Below are positions 1 to 12,070 of a stretch of DNA of 64,000 bases, one piece after another; the first letter of the stretch is position 1, and the number at the start of each line of letters is the position of its first letter. The DNA comes from Chiloscyllium plagiosum (Eukaryota), in contig NC_057719.1 in the NCBI RefSeq assembly GCF_004010195.1, positions 53,625,282-53,689,281 on the forward strand, written 5' to 3'. The notes below the pieces were generated by a model. That model was not told where the DNA came from. It did not search any database and saw nothing but the letters and a program-made list of their open reading frames with translations. The position numbers and the translations under genes were made by a program.

Positions 1-468
1 CCATTGGAGACATTTTGGTATGATATTCTGATTAATGCAGCACTGCTCTTTCTGCTGCACTGTTGGACCTGTTTCGTACAACCTAGCTACAGAGAGCTGG
101 ATTTTCAGCAGTAACATGGATTGGAACAAAGTATCAAGCCAGGGTGACCATTAACCAGGTTGAATTTGTGTTTGTCAGAGATAATTCTGTGCATTGACAG
201 TTGTTACTGACCATAATTAAACATTTACACATTAAGTAAGTAAAACAAGAATAAACACTATAATTATTTGTGTTATTTCTAGGGAATGTGTGGATTTTTA
301 TTGCTTAGTTTGGAAGGCTTCTAGAGCACAAACGTTCAGAAACCCCATTCCAGCTTGCCTTGCCTTTTAGGCACATCCCTTTACTATCTCATCATTGCTT
401 TGTTTTTCTTCCTTTATGTATTTTCCTTCTTTGATAGATTTGTTCTTCCTTTACTCTCCATTGCTTAC

Positions 469-615
469 CTATTTAAGGCAGCAAGTTTCTGTTGTTGATG
501 GTACAGTGCCATTTTATGGCAGTAGCATTGTACCTTACAGAAGCCAGGAGATGCTTTGCATTTGGAAATAGGCGATAAGTTAGAGCGCTCTTTATATTTC
601 TCTTGTAATGTTGCA
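469..615 (-). other. Candidate host-gene exon (unconfirmed)
   Basis: Minus strand: acceptor ctttttgcttag|, 147-nt open frame (ATLQEKYKERSNLSPISKCKASPGFCKVQCYCHKMALYHQQQKLAALN), donor AG|gtaagc. An alternative internal donor AG|gtacaa ends the exon at 534. The protein is not recognised. Confidence 0.25.
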
Positions 616-904
616 CTAAGCAAAAAGTGAGGTAACGCTGTAAAATATCGTAAGTTTATATACAACAATACCAAGCATTTTACTCACTACTCCAAGAAAT
701 TTGCAAATTACTTTTCATTATCTGTTTCTACAATCAGCTTACAAATAATACTATATTCATCTTTTCATAACTTTGCTCCATGTTATGATTGACAGGTGAT
801 GGCTCTCTGTTTCATACTGAATTAATAACAACATTAACTTACATTGTTATTGTGTTCTTCACTGAAAAGAATACCCCAAGATGTTTCTTAGAAATGTTAC
901 AAAT

Positions 905-1225
905 TGAGCCTTCATTAACAGCACCTTCCAAATCTCCAGCTCCACGACATGAAGTCATAAGGCTAGGAGATGCATGGAAGCACTACAGAAGACAACAAGT
1001 TCCTTTGAAAGTCATTCACCATCCCACATGGAATTGTGTTACCATTCCCCCACCATTTCTGGATCTAAATCCTGGAACTCCTTTCCTAGTACTATTGTGG
1101 ATGCATCCACACGTGCAGCGATACAATATGGTGGCTCCCCACCACCTTCTCAATGACAATTCAAGATTGGCTGCAAATGCTGGGCTTACCATCAATGCTA
1201 GCATCCCAGAAAAATTAAATCCCAT
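905..1225 (+). mobile_element. Degenerate 3' end of the second LINE family (CR1/L2 clade)
   Basis: Similar to the 3' ends at 41560-41850 and 28700-28960 (acagcaccttccaaa...ccaccaccttctcaa...aaatgctggg...catccca). Confidence 0.6.
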
Positions 1226-1332
1226 GACCCAAAGGCACATAAGGATTGCTGCATTTCTTAATTTTTTCCCATCCTGTTGATGCCCAACATTCCTTGTCAG
1301 ATCTTTTGAGTCATGTTTCTGCAGAACAGCAG

Positions 1333-2165
1333 AGTCAGAGAGCTGTAGAGCATGGAAACAGACCCTTTGGTCCAACTTGTCCATGCCGACCAGATTAAAT
1401 TAATCTAGTCCCATTTGCCCATCAGCACTTGGCCCATATCCATCTCAACCCTTCCTATTCATATACACATCCAAATGCCTTTTAAATGTTGTAATTGTAC
1501 CAGCCTCCACCACTTCCTCTGCCAGCTCATTTTGTACATGCACCACTCTCTGCATGAAATAGTTGCCCCTTAGGTCCCTTTTAAATCTCGCCTCAAGCCC
1601 TCTAGTTTTGGACTCCCCCACCCCAGGGAAAGGATCTTGGTTAGTCACCCTATCCATGCCCTTCATGATTTAATAAGATTCTGTAAATTCACCCCTCAGC
1701 CTCTGATGTTCCAGGGAAAACAACCCCAGCCTATTCAGCCTCTCCCTATTGGTCAAACCCTCCAACCCAGTCAATGTCCTTATAAATCTTTTCTGAACCC
1801 TTTCAAGTTTCATGACGGGTGGCACGGTGGCACAGTGGTTAGCACTGCTGCCTCACAACGCCAGAGACCCGGGTTTAATTCCCGCCTCAGGCGACTGACT
1901 GTGTGGAGTTTGCACATTCTCCCCGTGTCTGTGTGGGTTTCCTCCGGGTGATCCGGTTTCCTCCCACAGTCCAAAGATGTGCAGGTCAGGTGAATTGGCC
2001 ATGCTAAATTGCCTGTAGTTTTAGGTAAGGGGTAAATGTAGGGGTATGGGTGGGTTGCGCTTCGGCGGGGCAGTGTGGACTTGTTGGGCCGAAGGGCCTG
2101 TTTCCACACTGTACGTAATCTAATGACATCTTTCCTACTGCAGGGAGACCAGAATTGAACACGGT
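1333..2165 (-). mobile_element. 5'-truncated CR1/HER1-like LINE, interrupted by a SINE
   Basis: Minus ORF 1445-1666 (MKGMDRV...FKRDLRGNYFMQRVVHVQNEL...FKRHLDVYM) is the CR1 ORF2 C-terminus; the 3' tail is at about 1333-1385. Confidence 0.9.
1817..2122 (+). mobile_element. HE1-like tRNA-derived V-SINE
   Basis: tRNA-like head (tggcacagtggttagcac...gggtttaattccc), V-domain core (tgtgtggagtttgcacattctccccgtgtctg...ggtttcctcc), CR1-like tail (gggccgaagggcctgtttcc), TSD atgac at 1812-1816 and 2123-2127. Confidence 0.92.
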
Positions 2166-3674
2166 GCAAAACTTCAATTGGAGAAATTCATCTCAGGACC
2201 TTTAGGGAGAAGAAGGAGGTAGATGGGTTACTGTCAGGGGATGGAAAGGGAAGCAGCAGGCTGTGCAGGGATCCCCCGTGGTGTTCTCCTCAACAACAAG
2301 TATACCGTTTTGGACGGTCTTCACCTGAACCAGAGGGGTACCAATATCCTGGGGGAGAAATTTGTGAATGCTCTTCGGGAGGGTTTAAACTAATTTAACA
2401 GGGGGATGGGAACATGAATTGTTGTTCAGGTGTAAGGGAGAGTAGTGAAATCAGAATTAAGATTTCAAGATTGCAAGAAGGCGCCGGCAAGCAAGAAGTT
2501 GGTTTGAAGTGTGTCTACTTCAACACCAGGAGCATCTGGGATAAGGTGGGTAAACTTGCAGCGTGGGTTGGTACCTGGGATTTTGATGTTGTGGCCATTT
2601 CAGGGACATGGGTAGAGCAGGGACCGGAATGGTTATTGCAGGCTCCGGGACTTAGATGTTTCAGTCAGAACAGAGAAAATGGTATAAGAGGGGGTGGTGT
2701 GGAACTGTTAGTCAAGAACAGTGTTATGGTTGCAGAAAGGACGGTGGAGAACTCTTCTACTGAGGTAGTATGGATTGAGATTAGAAACAGGAATGGTGAG
2801 GTTACACTGTTGGGAGTTTTCTATAGGCCTCCAAATAGTCCCAGAGATGTAGAGGAAAGGATAGCAAAGGTAATCCTCAATAGGAGGGACAGTGACAGGG
2901 AGGTTGTTATGGGCTTTTTAACTTTCCAAATATTGACTGGGAATACTATAGTTCAAGTACTTTAGATGGGTCAGTTTTTGTCCAATGTGTGCAGGAGGGT
3001 TTCCTGACACAGTATGTTGACAGGCCAACAAGGGGCGAGGCCACATTGGATTTGGTACTGGGTAATGAACTCAGCCAGGTGTTAGATTTGGAGGCAGGTG
3101 AGCACTTTGCTAATAGTGACCACAATTCGGTTATGTTTACTTTAGCGATGGATAGGGATAGGTATGTGCCGCAGGGCAAAAGTTATAGCTGGGGGAAAGG
3201 CAATTATGATGTGATTAGGCAAGATTTGGGATGCATAGGATGAGGAAGGAAACTGCAGGGGGTGGGCACAATTGAAATGTGAACCTTATTAAAGGACCAG
3301 CTACTGCGGATCCTTGATGAGTGTGCACCTATCAGGCAGGGAGGAAGTTGTTGAGCGCGGGAGCTGTGGTTTACTAAGGAAGTTCTTCCTCTTGTCACGA
3401 GGAAGAAGAAAGGTTATGTTACGATGAGGTGTGATGGCTCAGTTAGGTCGCTTGAGAGTTACAGGTTAGTCAGGAAAGACTGAAAGAGTGAGCTAAGAAG
3501 AGCCAGGATGGGACATGAGTTCTCATTGGCAGATAGGATCAAGGAAAACCCTAAGGCTTTCTATAGGTATATCAGGAGAAAAAGAATGACTAGAGTAAGA
3601 TTAGGGCCAATCAAGGGTAGTAGTGGTAAGTTGTGCGTAGATCCAAAGGAGATAGGGGAAGTGCTAAATGAATA

Positions 3675-4012
3675 GAGACATATAAGATAATCAGAGGGTT
3701 AGATAGGGTGGACAGGGAGAGCATTTTTCCAAGTATGGGGACAGCAAACACGAGGGAACACAACTTTAAAGTGAGGGGAGATAAGTTAGAGGTAGTTTCT
3801 TTACTCAGAGAGTAGTAAGGGTATAGAATGCTTTGCCTGCAACAGTAGTAGAATCACCAAGTTTAAGTGCATTTAAGTCGTCATTGGACAGGCATATGGA
3901 CATACATGGAATAGTGTAGGTGGGATGGGCTTCAGATTAGTATGACAGGACGGCACAACATCGAGGGCCGAAGGGCCTGTACTGTGCTGTAATGTTCTAT
4001 GTTCTATGTTCT
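3675..4012 (+). mobile_element. Short 3' CR1 fragment nested in CR1
   Basis: CR1 C-terminus, 3' UTR and (gttctat)n tail; flanked by the short duplication aata; the host ORF2 resumes afterwards. Confidence 0.85.
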
Positions 4013-4236
4013 AATACTTTTCATCAGTATTCACACAAGAAAAAGACAATGTGGTCAAGAAGAATACTGAGATACAGGCTACTAGACTAGATGGGACTGA
4101 GGTGCATAAAGAGGAGGTGTTAGCAAGTCCGGAAAGGGTGAAAATAGGTAAGCCCCCTGGACCAGATAGGATTTATCTGAGGATTCTCTGGGAAGCTAAG
4201 GAGGAGATTGCAGAGGCTTTGTCTTTGATCTTTATG

Positions 4237-4555
4237 ATTTGGTTTTAGATTAGATTCCCTACAGTGCGGAAACAGACCCTTCGGCCCAACAAGTCCACAC
4301 CAACCTTCGAAGAGCAACCCACCCAGAACCATTTACCCCTGACTAACGTACCTAATACTATGGGCAATTTAGCGTGGACAATTCACCTAACCTGCACATC
4401 TTTGGATTGTGTGAGGAAACCGGAGCACCCGGAGGAAACCCACGCAGACACAGGGAGAATATGCAAACTCCACATAGACAGTCGCCCAAAGTGGGAATCG
4501 AACCCGGGTCCCTGGTGCTGTGAGGTAGCAGTGCTAACCACTGAGCCACCGTGCC
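4237..4555 (-). mobile_element. HE1-like V-SINE nested in CR1
   Basis: Reverse complement of the 1817-2122 SINE with a (taatc)n tail. Confidence 0.9.
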
Positions 4556-5817
4556 ATCATTGTCAACAGAACTAGTGCCAGAAGACTGGAGGATAAGCAA
4601 ATGTTGTTCCTTTGTTCAAGAAGGAGAGTAGAGACAACCCTGGAAATTATAGACTTGTGAGCCTTATTTCGGTTGAGGGTAAAATGTTGGAAAAGGTTAG
4701 AAAGAGATAGGATTTATAATCATCTAGAAATAAATAAGTTGATGAGGGATAGTCAGTATGGTTTTGTGAAGGGTAGGTCATGCTTCACAAACTTTACTGA
4801 GTTCTTTGAACAGGTGACCAAACAGGTGTGGTGTATATAGATTTCAGTAAGGTGTTTGATAAGGTTCCCCACGGTTGGCTGTTGCACAAAATATGGAGAC
4901 ATGAGATTGAAGGCGATTAAGCAGTTTGGATCAGAAATTGATGAGCTGAAAGAAGACAGAGTGGTGTTTGATGGGAAATGCTCATCCTGCAGTTCAGTTA
5001 TCAGTGGGGTACCACAAAGATCTGTTTTGGATCCACTGTTGTTTGTAATTTTCATAAATGACTTGGATGAAGGCATAGAAGGATGGGTTAGTAAATTTGT
5101 GAATTACATTAAGGTCGGTAGATTTGTGGATAGTGATGAAGGATGTTGTAGGTCATAGAGAGATATAGGTAAGCTGCAGAGCTGGGCTGAGAGGTGGCAA
5201 ATGGAGTTGAATGCAGAAAAGTATGAGGTGATTCACTTTGCAAGGAATGACAGGAATGCAGAGTACTGGGCTAATTGTAAGATTCTTGGTAGTGTAATGA
5301 GCAGAGAGATCTCAGTGTCCAGGTACATAGATATTTGAAAGTTGCCACCCAAGTTGATAGGGTTGTTAAAAAGGCATACGGTGTGTTAGCTTTTACTGGT
5401 AGACGGATTGAGTTTCGGAACCATGAGATCATGTTGCATTTGTGCAAAACTCTGGTGCAGCCACATTTGGAGTATTGTATACAGTTCTGGGCACCACATT
5501 ATAGGAAGGATGTGGCAGCTTTGGAAAGGGTTCAGAGGAGATTTACTAGGGTGCTGCCTGGTATGGAGGGAAGGTCTTACGTGGAAAGGCTGAGTGACTT
5601 GAGTTTATTTTCATTAGAGAGAAGAAGGTTAAGAGGTGACTTAATTGAGACACATCAGATAATCAGAGGGTTAGATACGTTGGATAGTGAGAGCCTTTTT
5701 CCTCAGATAGCGATGGTTAGCATGAGGGGACAAAGCTTTAAATTGAGGGGTGATAGATATTGGACAGATGTCTGAGGTAGTTTCTTTACTCAGAGTGTAT
5801 TAGGGGCATGGAACACA

Positions 5818-5850
5818 CTGAAGAAGGGCTAATGCCCGAAACGTCGATTT
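5818..5850 (+). ncRNA. Minimal hammerhead ribozyme motif (lacks 5' strand of stem I)
   Basis: CUGAAGA-A-GGGC(UAAU)GCCC-GAAA-C-GUC. Confidence 0.7.
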
Positions 5851-5942
5851 TCCTGTTCCCTAGATGCTGCCTGACCTGCTGCGCTTTTCCAGCAACACAT
5901 TTCCATCTCTGATCTCCAGCATCTGCAGACCTCACTTTCTCC
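5821..5942 (+). mobile_element. Short Penelope-terminus insertion with 15-bp TSD
   Basis: TSD gcatggaacacactg at 5806-5820 and 5943-5957; sequence homologous to the terminus of the Penelope element at 20845-20940. Confidence 0.85.
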
Positions 5943-6135
5943 GCATGGAACACACTGCCTGCAACAGCAGTAGACTCGTCAACTTTCAGGGCATTTAAAT
6001 GGTAGATAGATAGGCAAATGGATGAGAATGGAATAATGTAGGCTAGATGGGCTTCAGATTGGTGCCGCAGGTTGGCGCAACATCGAGGGTCAAAGGGCCT
6101 GTACTGCACTGTAATGTTCTATATTCTATGTTCTA

Positions 6136-6885
6136 AGACTGCTCACTGGTTGCCGGAAGACACATTGAAATGTCCAGGTGACGAATGCTCAAGGTGAGTA
6201 AATAAATGTTAGAAATTGGTGGGTGAATGAATAAGTGAGTTTGGAAGGTTGGGCACAATTGAGTGACATATGTGGACTGGGGAAGGGTAGGTGAGGTAGT
6301 TGGTTAGAGTGATAGGTAGGTAAGGTAGCAGATAGGTGAGATGGCAGGTGTGTGAATGGATGCCGAAGAGGATAGTCAGCTCAGTGTTTGGAGTCACTCA
6401 GGTCAGATTGGGGAGTAGAGTAGGGGACGAGTTGGGCATCAATGTAGAGTCAGGTCTGGTTCGTGGTATCAGATGTGGGGGGTACTCAGATCTGATCAGG
6501 GATGCAGTTGGGTTGTTGGGGGTTCATGTGATTAGGAGGGGTAGTTGGAGGTCTGGGAGTTGCGTGGTGGGGGGCTTGTTCGTGTGGCTGAGCTTGGTGA
6601 TGTAACTGCAGGGGATCTGAAGGAGTTGGTTGGGGCTCTAGCAGGATTGAGGGGAATGAGTGTGAGGAATTTGGGGAGATAGTTCTGCAGTTCGAGAGGA
6701 GTTAGACTAGGTTTTAATCTGTCTAACATTTCTTGGGCAACTTTTCAAATAAGTTACATCGAATTGTCTGAAGTCTCCAACTGTAGCTCTCAGTCAGACT
6801 TTTCCAGAGTCCCAAGCAGCACCGAAATCCCCCTTCAGAAGTCCCTCAGCGATTCCCATGACAGTCAGCTCTTTGGGAATTCCAC
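6136..6885 (+). repeat. Unclassified old repeat with G-rich core, copy 1
   Basis: About 500-bp G/T-rich tract followed by a block (ttagactaggtttt...cttgggcaac...cagaagt...attcccat) similar to 9665-9835 and 11470-11650. Confidence 0.55.
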
Positions 6886-7404
6886 GGGGTCCCAAAACAC
6901 ATCCTGAGCTGTAGTTTTGATTTCAAATGCTTGAGAAACCAGAAGGCCTGGGCTAAGAGGGCAAACAATCAAAAGTTTAGTCGGATTGATATGTTTTAAG
7001 GCAGCTGGAAAATCAGGCACCAGCACTGGAGCAATTGAAATAAGACATTTTGAAAAGACCAGAATTAGATGGATGCAGGCCATCATTCGATGAAAACCTT
7101 CTGCAGCAGTTCACCAAAGCTTCATCTTCAGGCATCTTTGAGCTGCTATCACCATTTTTCTTACCTTAATGAATGAATCGCTTTAAGTACAATCAGAGTC
7201 CTTGAAAAACTCTGGTACTGAATATTTTACTCTATTCCCTTAATGTGATGTCAATTCACTATGCAGTAAATGTCAGGACTTCCAGGTTTTTGTGGATTCC
7301 CTGAGTACTCTTTTACAGTTTGAGGCAAACTTTCAGCACATCGGGTCATAGAGAGCTCAAAGACCAGTGGTTCTTTCATCATGATCAGCTGCATTGCAAT
7401 TCAA

Positions 7405-7790
7405 GTGAAGGTGGTAATCCAGTGGTAATGTCACTGGACTAGTGTTTGAGAAGCCCAGGTTGTATTTGTGGGAACATGGGTCTGAATTTCACCATGACAA
7501 ATGGCAAACTTTGAACTTAGTGAAACAAAATAAGGGAATAAAAGCTATCATAATGGTAACCACTGCTGATTGTCACAAAAACCTATCTAGTCTACTAATT
7601 TCCTTTAGGGAAGGAAATTTACTTTCTCTATCTGGTCTGTTTGCATGTGACTTCAGACTCACAACAATGAAGTTGACTTGTAACTGCCTTCTGAAAAAGC
7701 GTACAAGCTATTTAGTTCAGGTGCTATTAGGATAGGCAACAAATGCTGGCCCAGCTGGTGACACCCAAATCCCACAAATAAATCAAAAAG
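7405..7790 (+). mobile_element. tRNA-derived SINE sharing its 3' tail with the second LINE family
   Basis: Head gtggtaatgtcactggactag...atgggtctgaatttcaccatg; tail ttaggataggcaacaaatgctggcccagc...atccca. Homologous copies at 16852-17155 and 40865-41022. Confidence 0.7.
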
Positions 7791-8040
7791 AAATTCAAGA
7801 CTGATGTCTCCTCAGAGTGTATAGCCTTCATGTGATTGAACAGATTTAGTCTTAACTCAGATAATTTTGTGGACATGAGCAGACAATCCAATGATGAAAT
7901 GGAATTCAGAGTACAGGATATCTTCCTCTCCTTTCCTTGCCACTTTGTCAAGAAGTGTTTGGATCCAAAAAAATGATGCAATTTGATGGTTTGATAGTAC
8001 ACCTCTACCAAATCATCAATATCAACACAGCTGCACTTAC

Positions 8041-8147
8041 CCGAAAGCTTCAGATGTTTTTGAAATGTTTTCTTTGTTCTCTCCTGGAGTATTGTCCATT
8101 TGCGAGTTGAGACAACAGGACTTAGTGGGGCTGGCTTCAAGGCAATA
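8041..8147 (-). other. Candidate host-gene exon (unconfirmed)
   Basis: Acceptor cctgtctgctttag|, 107 nt with two open frames, strong donor GG|gtaagt. Confidence 0.25.
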
Positions 8148-8149
8148 CT

Positions 8150-8250
8150 AAAGCAGACAGGCAGGAGGCTGGAAGAACACAGCAAGCCAGGCAGCATCAG
8201 CAGGTGCAGAAGTTGATGTTTTGGATGTAACCCTTCTTCAGGACTGCGGG
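8150..8250 (-). mobile_element. Penelope-terminus fragment with degenerate hammerhead
   Basis: Minus strand agtcCTGAAGAagggttacatccAAAAcatcaact followed by gatgctgcctggcttgctgtgttcttccagc. Confidence 0.65.
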
Positions 8251-8613
8251 TGAGATTTTTCATGATCATCTTCTATTGAATCACAAGGATATGGTAGAAG
8301 CATTGCTGATGGAACATCTCTAGCTCTCTTTTGTGTTGCTGATTCACAGTCCTAGTCTCACTCTAGTATAGGATAAGGTGGCAACAACTGCTTTGTATAC
8401 TAGGACTTTTGTTGACTAGTTGAAGTCTTTGCCATGATGGAGTCAAGTGAAGACATGTGAATGCCCCCTTGGTATTTACATCTACCCTACATTGGCTGTT
8501 TACCTCATCAAATATCAACCACTCTCTTGTGTCAATATTAAACTAATCTTTCTCTAGCCCTTTTAACCTCAGTTTATTTATGGCACATAAACAACTGACA
8601 ACTATATACATAC

Positions 8614-8744
8614 ATGAAGTGACTGCAGTGTTGTTGCCACCCTGCACCAGATTTGCAAGCTGCCATCAATCTCCTCAAATCTGCATTGGTGAAATTCAGC
8701 CTGTCCTTGAATGCTGCATTAGGAAGTAGACCTTTCATTTTATT
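8614..8744 (-). other. Candidate host-gene exon (unconfirmed)
   Basis: Acceptor cttaatttacag|, open frame NKMKGLLPNAAFKDRLNFTNADLRRLMAACKSGAGWQQHCSHF, donor AT|gtatgt; phase-compatible with 8041-8147. Confidence 0.2.
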
Positions 8745-9199
8745 CTGTAAATTAAGATGACTAGCATTTTGCAATGTTTTGTAAGTTTTATATCATGTTC
8801 ATAATTTTGTAATGCCTTTATTAATTTATAGCTTTTTTAAAGATGGTCTTCAACATGAACTGTGATAACTTGTTTTATTTTTACCAACATCAAAATGTGA
8901 CACATGCCACCAACATGATTTTTCAATAAACTAATTTTCTACTTAATTATCTTACTAATTTCATCACACTAATAGAAATGTCGAATTGCGCGCAACTCGA
9001 CAATATAAAATGTGAACTGTTTTAGAATTATTCTGGCTAAAATACATGATACAATAGTAATATCACAGAATAGTTTAGATTAACAGCTACACATTCTCTG
9101 ATTAGGTTCAGAAAGCTTACTTTTGTCACACATCAGACAAAAAAAATCATATTCGCTTTCATCTAATTTTTCTGAGCGAGCTCCTTCTGAAACAACTCA

Positions 9200-9860
9200 T
9201 TGCAACAATCTACAGGGGGAACTGTGCAGAGAATTCTCATAAAAGTCACATCTGCTTTTCACTACATTATCTGTTGCAATCTGGTAATTAAAGGAGTTGA
9301 AATATGCCAAAACTTATGTGGAAAGCTATGACGAAAGATAAGTATACAAGGTGTAGGATACATAAGGTAAGTGGCTGAGTTGATAGGTGTGATAGGTAAA
9401 TAGGATGAACGGTAGGTTAGAGACAACTGAGGTGAGTTCAGTTATAGTCAGACATGTTGAAAGAGGTGATTAGGTCTGAGGTTAGACTGTTTGAGTCATG
9501 GGGTATTCAGTGGTTGCCTTGGGAGCTTATCAGATTGGGTCGTGGTAGATCCAAGTAATCAAGTGAGGAGTCAACTGGTGGAATTGGATTAGGCCAGGTT
9601 ACTGTGAAGTCAGGCCGGGAGGGGGCACAAGAGGGAAGTTGAGTGGGAGAAGTCAATATTTAGTTTCCAGGCATCAGACTAGGCTTTTCCTGTCCGACAG
9701 TTCCTGGGTAATTATCCAATTAACTAAATTATGTCTGTCTGAGGTTTTCAGTTCAGAATCTTTTTTGGATTGTCCTAAGAAACAGGGGAATTATCTATCA
9801 GAAGTTCAAACATTCCAGGGAATTCCCATGAGCCCTTGCATTGACATTTTTGAGGGATCT
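9200..9860 (+). repeat. Unclassified old repeat with G-rich core, copy 2
   Basis: G-rich tract 9360-9650, then conserved block atcagactaggctttt...cctgggtaatt...cagaagtt...ggaattcccat. Confidence 0.5.
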
Positions 9861-10503
9861 TGGAGCTTAACTTGTGGGGCACATGTGGTCTTAGACTATC
9901 TGAAGACTATGGGATTACAAAATAGAGCTGAATTTCATCATTTGATCTGTTCAACATCTTCTTAGAAAGTATGACAATAAATTAATTTCCAAATGAAGAT
10001 TTACAACTGAGATTTGATGATAAAATTGATCTAATACCAACAAAGGAGAAATGCTTTACTGATAATCCTTGATGACTGCAAGCTGGTAAATAGTTTGTAA
10101 TGCAGATAAGAAAAGGGAAAACAAACACAATGCAAACATCTATACATGAGTCTTGTTTTAATATTCAATTAGATTGAAAAACTTTGAACTGAATGAAGGA
10201 ATTTGCATAACATTGTGTAAAGCTTCAAAGCTTCTTAGCTTTGTTGTTTTTGTTGATGGCCTCATATTCTTTTGCTGAGCATTTTGGATTGCTCACGTTA
10301 TTGAACAGATGCAAAGTGCCTTTTAATTATGCATCAATACAGAAGTAACAATACAGAAGTTCTAGAGTCAGGCTCTTTTATCCTGTTGGACTACAGCCAG
10401 CCAATATGGTTTATGATGGTTGAATTAACTAGATTATACAGAACAGAAACAGATCATTCACGGCAAACACCCATGCCTGCATGTATACTCCACTTTGAGT
10501 CAT

Positions 10504-10636
10504 GATTTGGAGATCTTGGTGTTGGACTGGGGTGCACAAAGTTAAAAATCACACAACACCAGGTTATAGTCCAACAGGTTTAATTGGAAGCACATTAGCT
10601 TTCAGAGCGCTGCTCCTTCATCAGGTGAATGTGTCA
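10504..10636 (-). mobile_element. Short Penelope-like terminus insertion (second subfamily) with 10-bp TSD
   Basis: TSD tttgagtcat at 10494-10503 and 10637-10646; contains a hammerhead motif; sits inside an old CR1 fragment (about 10420-10770). Confidence 0.75.
10591..10627 (-). ncRNA. Minimal hammerhead ribozyme motif
   Basis: Minus strand cac-CUGAUGA-A-GGAGC(AGC)GCUCU-GAAA-GCUA-au-gug; palindromic AGCU in place of ACGU. Confidence 0.7.
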
Positions 10637-10899
10637 TTTGAGTCATTTGCCTTTCCTCATCAAACAATAATCAACCCTCTCTGCACTTGTCCTTCAAATG
10701 TGTATTTAGCTTCCCTTTAATTAATCTATATTACTCGCCTCAACTATTCCTGGTATTAGTCAATTCTAGATTCTCGGCTCTCCAGGACTAACATAGACCC
10801 AGACATTCCGATTACTGACAGAAAGATTTGGCCAATTTGAAGTTACTTGCATACTTGTTGGTGATTTTCCACCTGACTGTGGCTTGTCCCAAATACACT

Positions 10900-11650
10900 G
10901 TTTGAAGAAAGCCCAGAGAAAGAACTCAGTAGAGAATTAGTGTCACAGGGCAAGACATGACCCTATTGCTGCCATATTTTAAACCTAAAGGTTCTAAAGG
11001 CTTTTACAGTGTGCAAAGTATAAAGTGTGAAAGATAAATAAGGGGCTAGGGTGGCAGATAAGGTAGCTGATGATGGGTAAGACACTAGGGTGTCAGATGG
11101 GTGGGAGAGGGTACCAAGTCAGTGAGGAAGGTATGATGCAAGGTCAATAGATGAATGATAATTGTAGGTTGAGGGAGGGCTGGGTTAGGTTGGGAAGGCA
11201 GAGTTGGTGTCTGGGCATTAGTGTTGATTCCAGCAGCATTGGGTCCTGTTATGGGGGGATGGTGTGAGGTTCAGGGTGTGAGTGGATACTGGATCTGCAA
11301 TGGTTGATTCAGTTAGGGTGGGCTTTGAGTCCATCAGGGATGGGTGGGTGCAATGTGTGGTTGGTTGAGGTGGAGATGGAGAGGAGAAGTCAGATCAGAG
11401 GTGTCAGGGTTGGAGTTGCTGTAGTTAGAGATGGATAGTGGTGATGTGAAGCTTTAGTTTAATGGTTGCCCAGGAATTGGATTAGAGTTTTAACCCTCTA
11501 TTCTTTCCTTGGTAACTGCTCAGCATAAGTGAGGCAGAGCCCTTTAAATTGTCTGACACTAAGAGGCATTTTTGGAAGTTTCCATATGCATGGAATTGCT
11601 CATTGAAAGTTTAAATTTCCCAGCAGTTCCCACAGAGTCAGCTATGCTCG
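10900..11650 (+). repeat. Unclassified old repeat with G-rich core, copy 3
   Basis: G-rich tract 11040-11460, then ccaggaattggattagagtttt...cttggtaact...gaaagtt...cagttccca. Confidence 0.5.
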
Positions 11651-11774
11651 AGATTGTGTATAGTTCCAAAAGGCAACTCCAGTCTACACTACTCCAACAG
11701 CTATCTGACTGTGCAGTATCTGGGTCAAACGATTTCTTGAATTTCCTAATTTTTTTTGCATTTATTTAATGGTG

Positions 11775-12070
11775 TTCTCTAGTTTTTCACTTCACCATGG
11801 AGGAAACATTCTCTCTCTGTCTACCCTGTAATTATCCTTCATTATTTTAAAGCTATCTATTTACTCAACCCCTCAGGATCCTCTTTTCCATAGAAAAGAG
11901 ATACAGTTGCTCATCCTTTTCTAGTTTGAAGTATAACCTCATATGTTTGGCATCACTTCTGAAAATCATTTTGCAGCCTCACCAAAGTTTCTATATCTTT
12001 TTATAAAAAGCAACATAGACTCTTTGGAGCTTTCCAAATTTGGCTGAATCAAGGTTAGACACATGTTTAG
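11775..12070 (-). mobile_element. Old degenerate CR1 fragment
   Basis: ggaaacattctctctctgtctaccctg...cttcattattttaaa pattern of the minus-strand CR1 ORF2 C-terminus. Confidence 0.55.

Larger units (their letters stand above)
2205..6135 (+). mobile_element. Near full-length decayed CR1/HER1-like LINE (ORF1 remnant, APE endonuclease, RT) with three nested insertions
   Basis: ORF1 end DGLHLNQRGTNILGEKFVNALREGLN*; APE motifs CVYFNTRSI..FDVVAISGTW..GVFYRPPNS..SDHNSV; RT motifs GVPQRSVLDPLLFVIFINDL and HLEYCIQFWAPHY; 3' (gttctat)n tail; many stops and frameshifts. Confidence 0.95.

Noticed and set aside
1817..1895. tRNA gene
   Set aside because: It is the tRNA-derived head of an HE1-like SINE, continuous with the V-domain and LINE tail.
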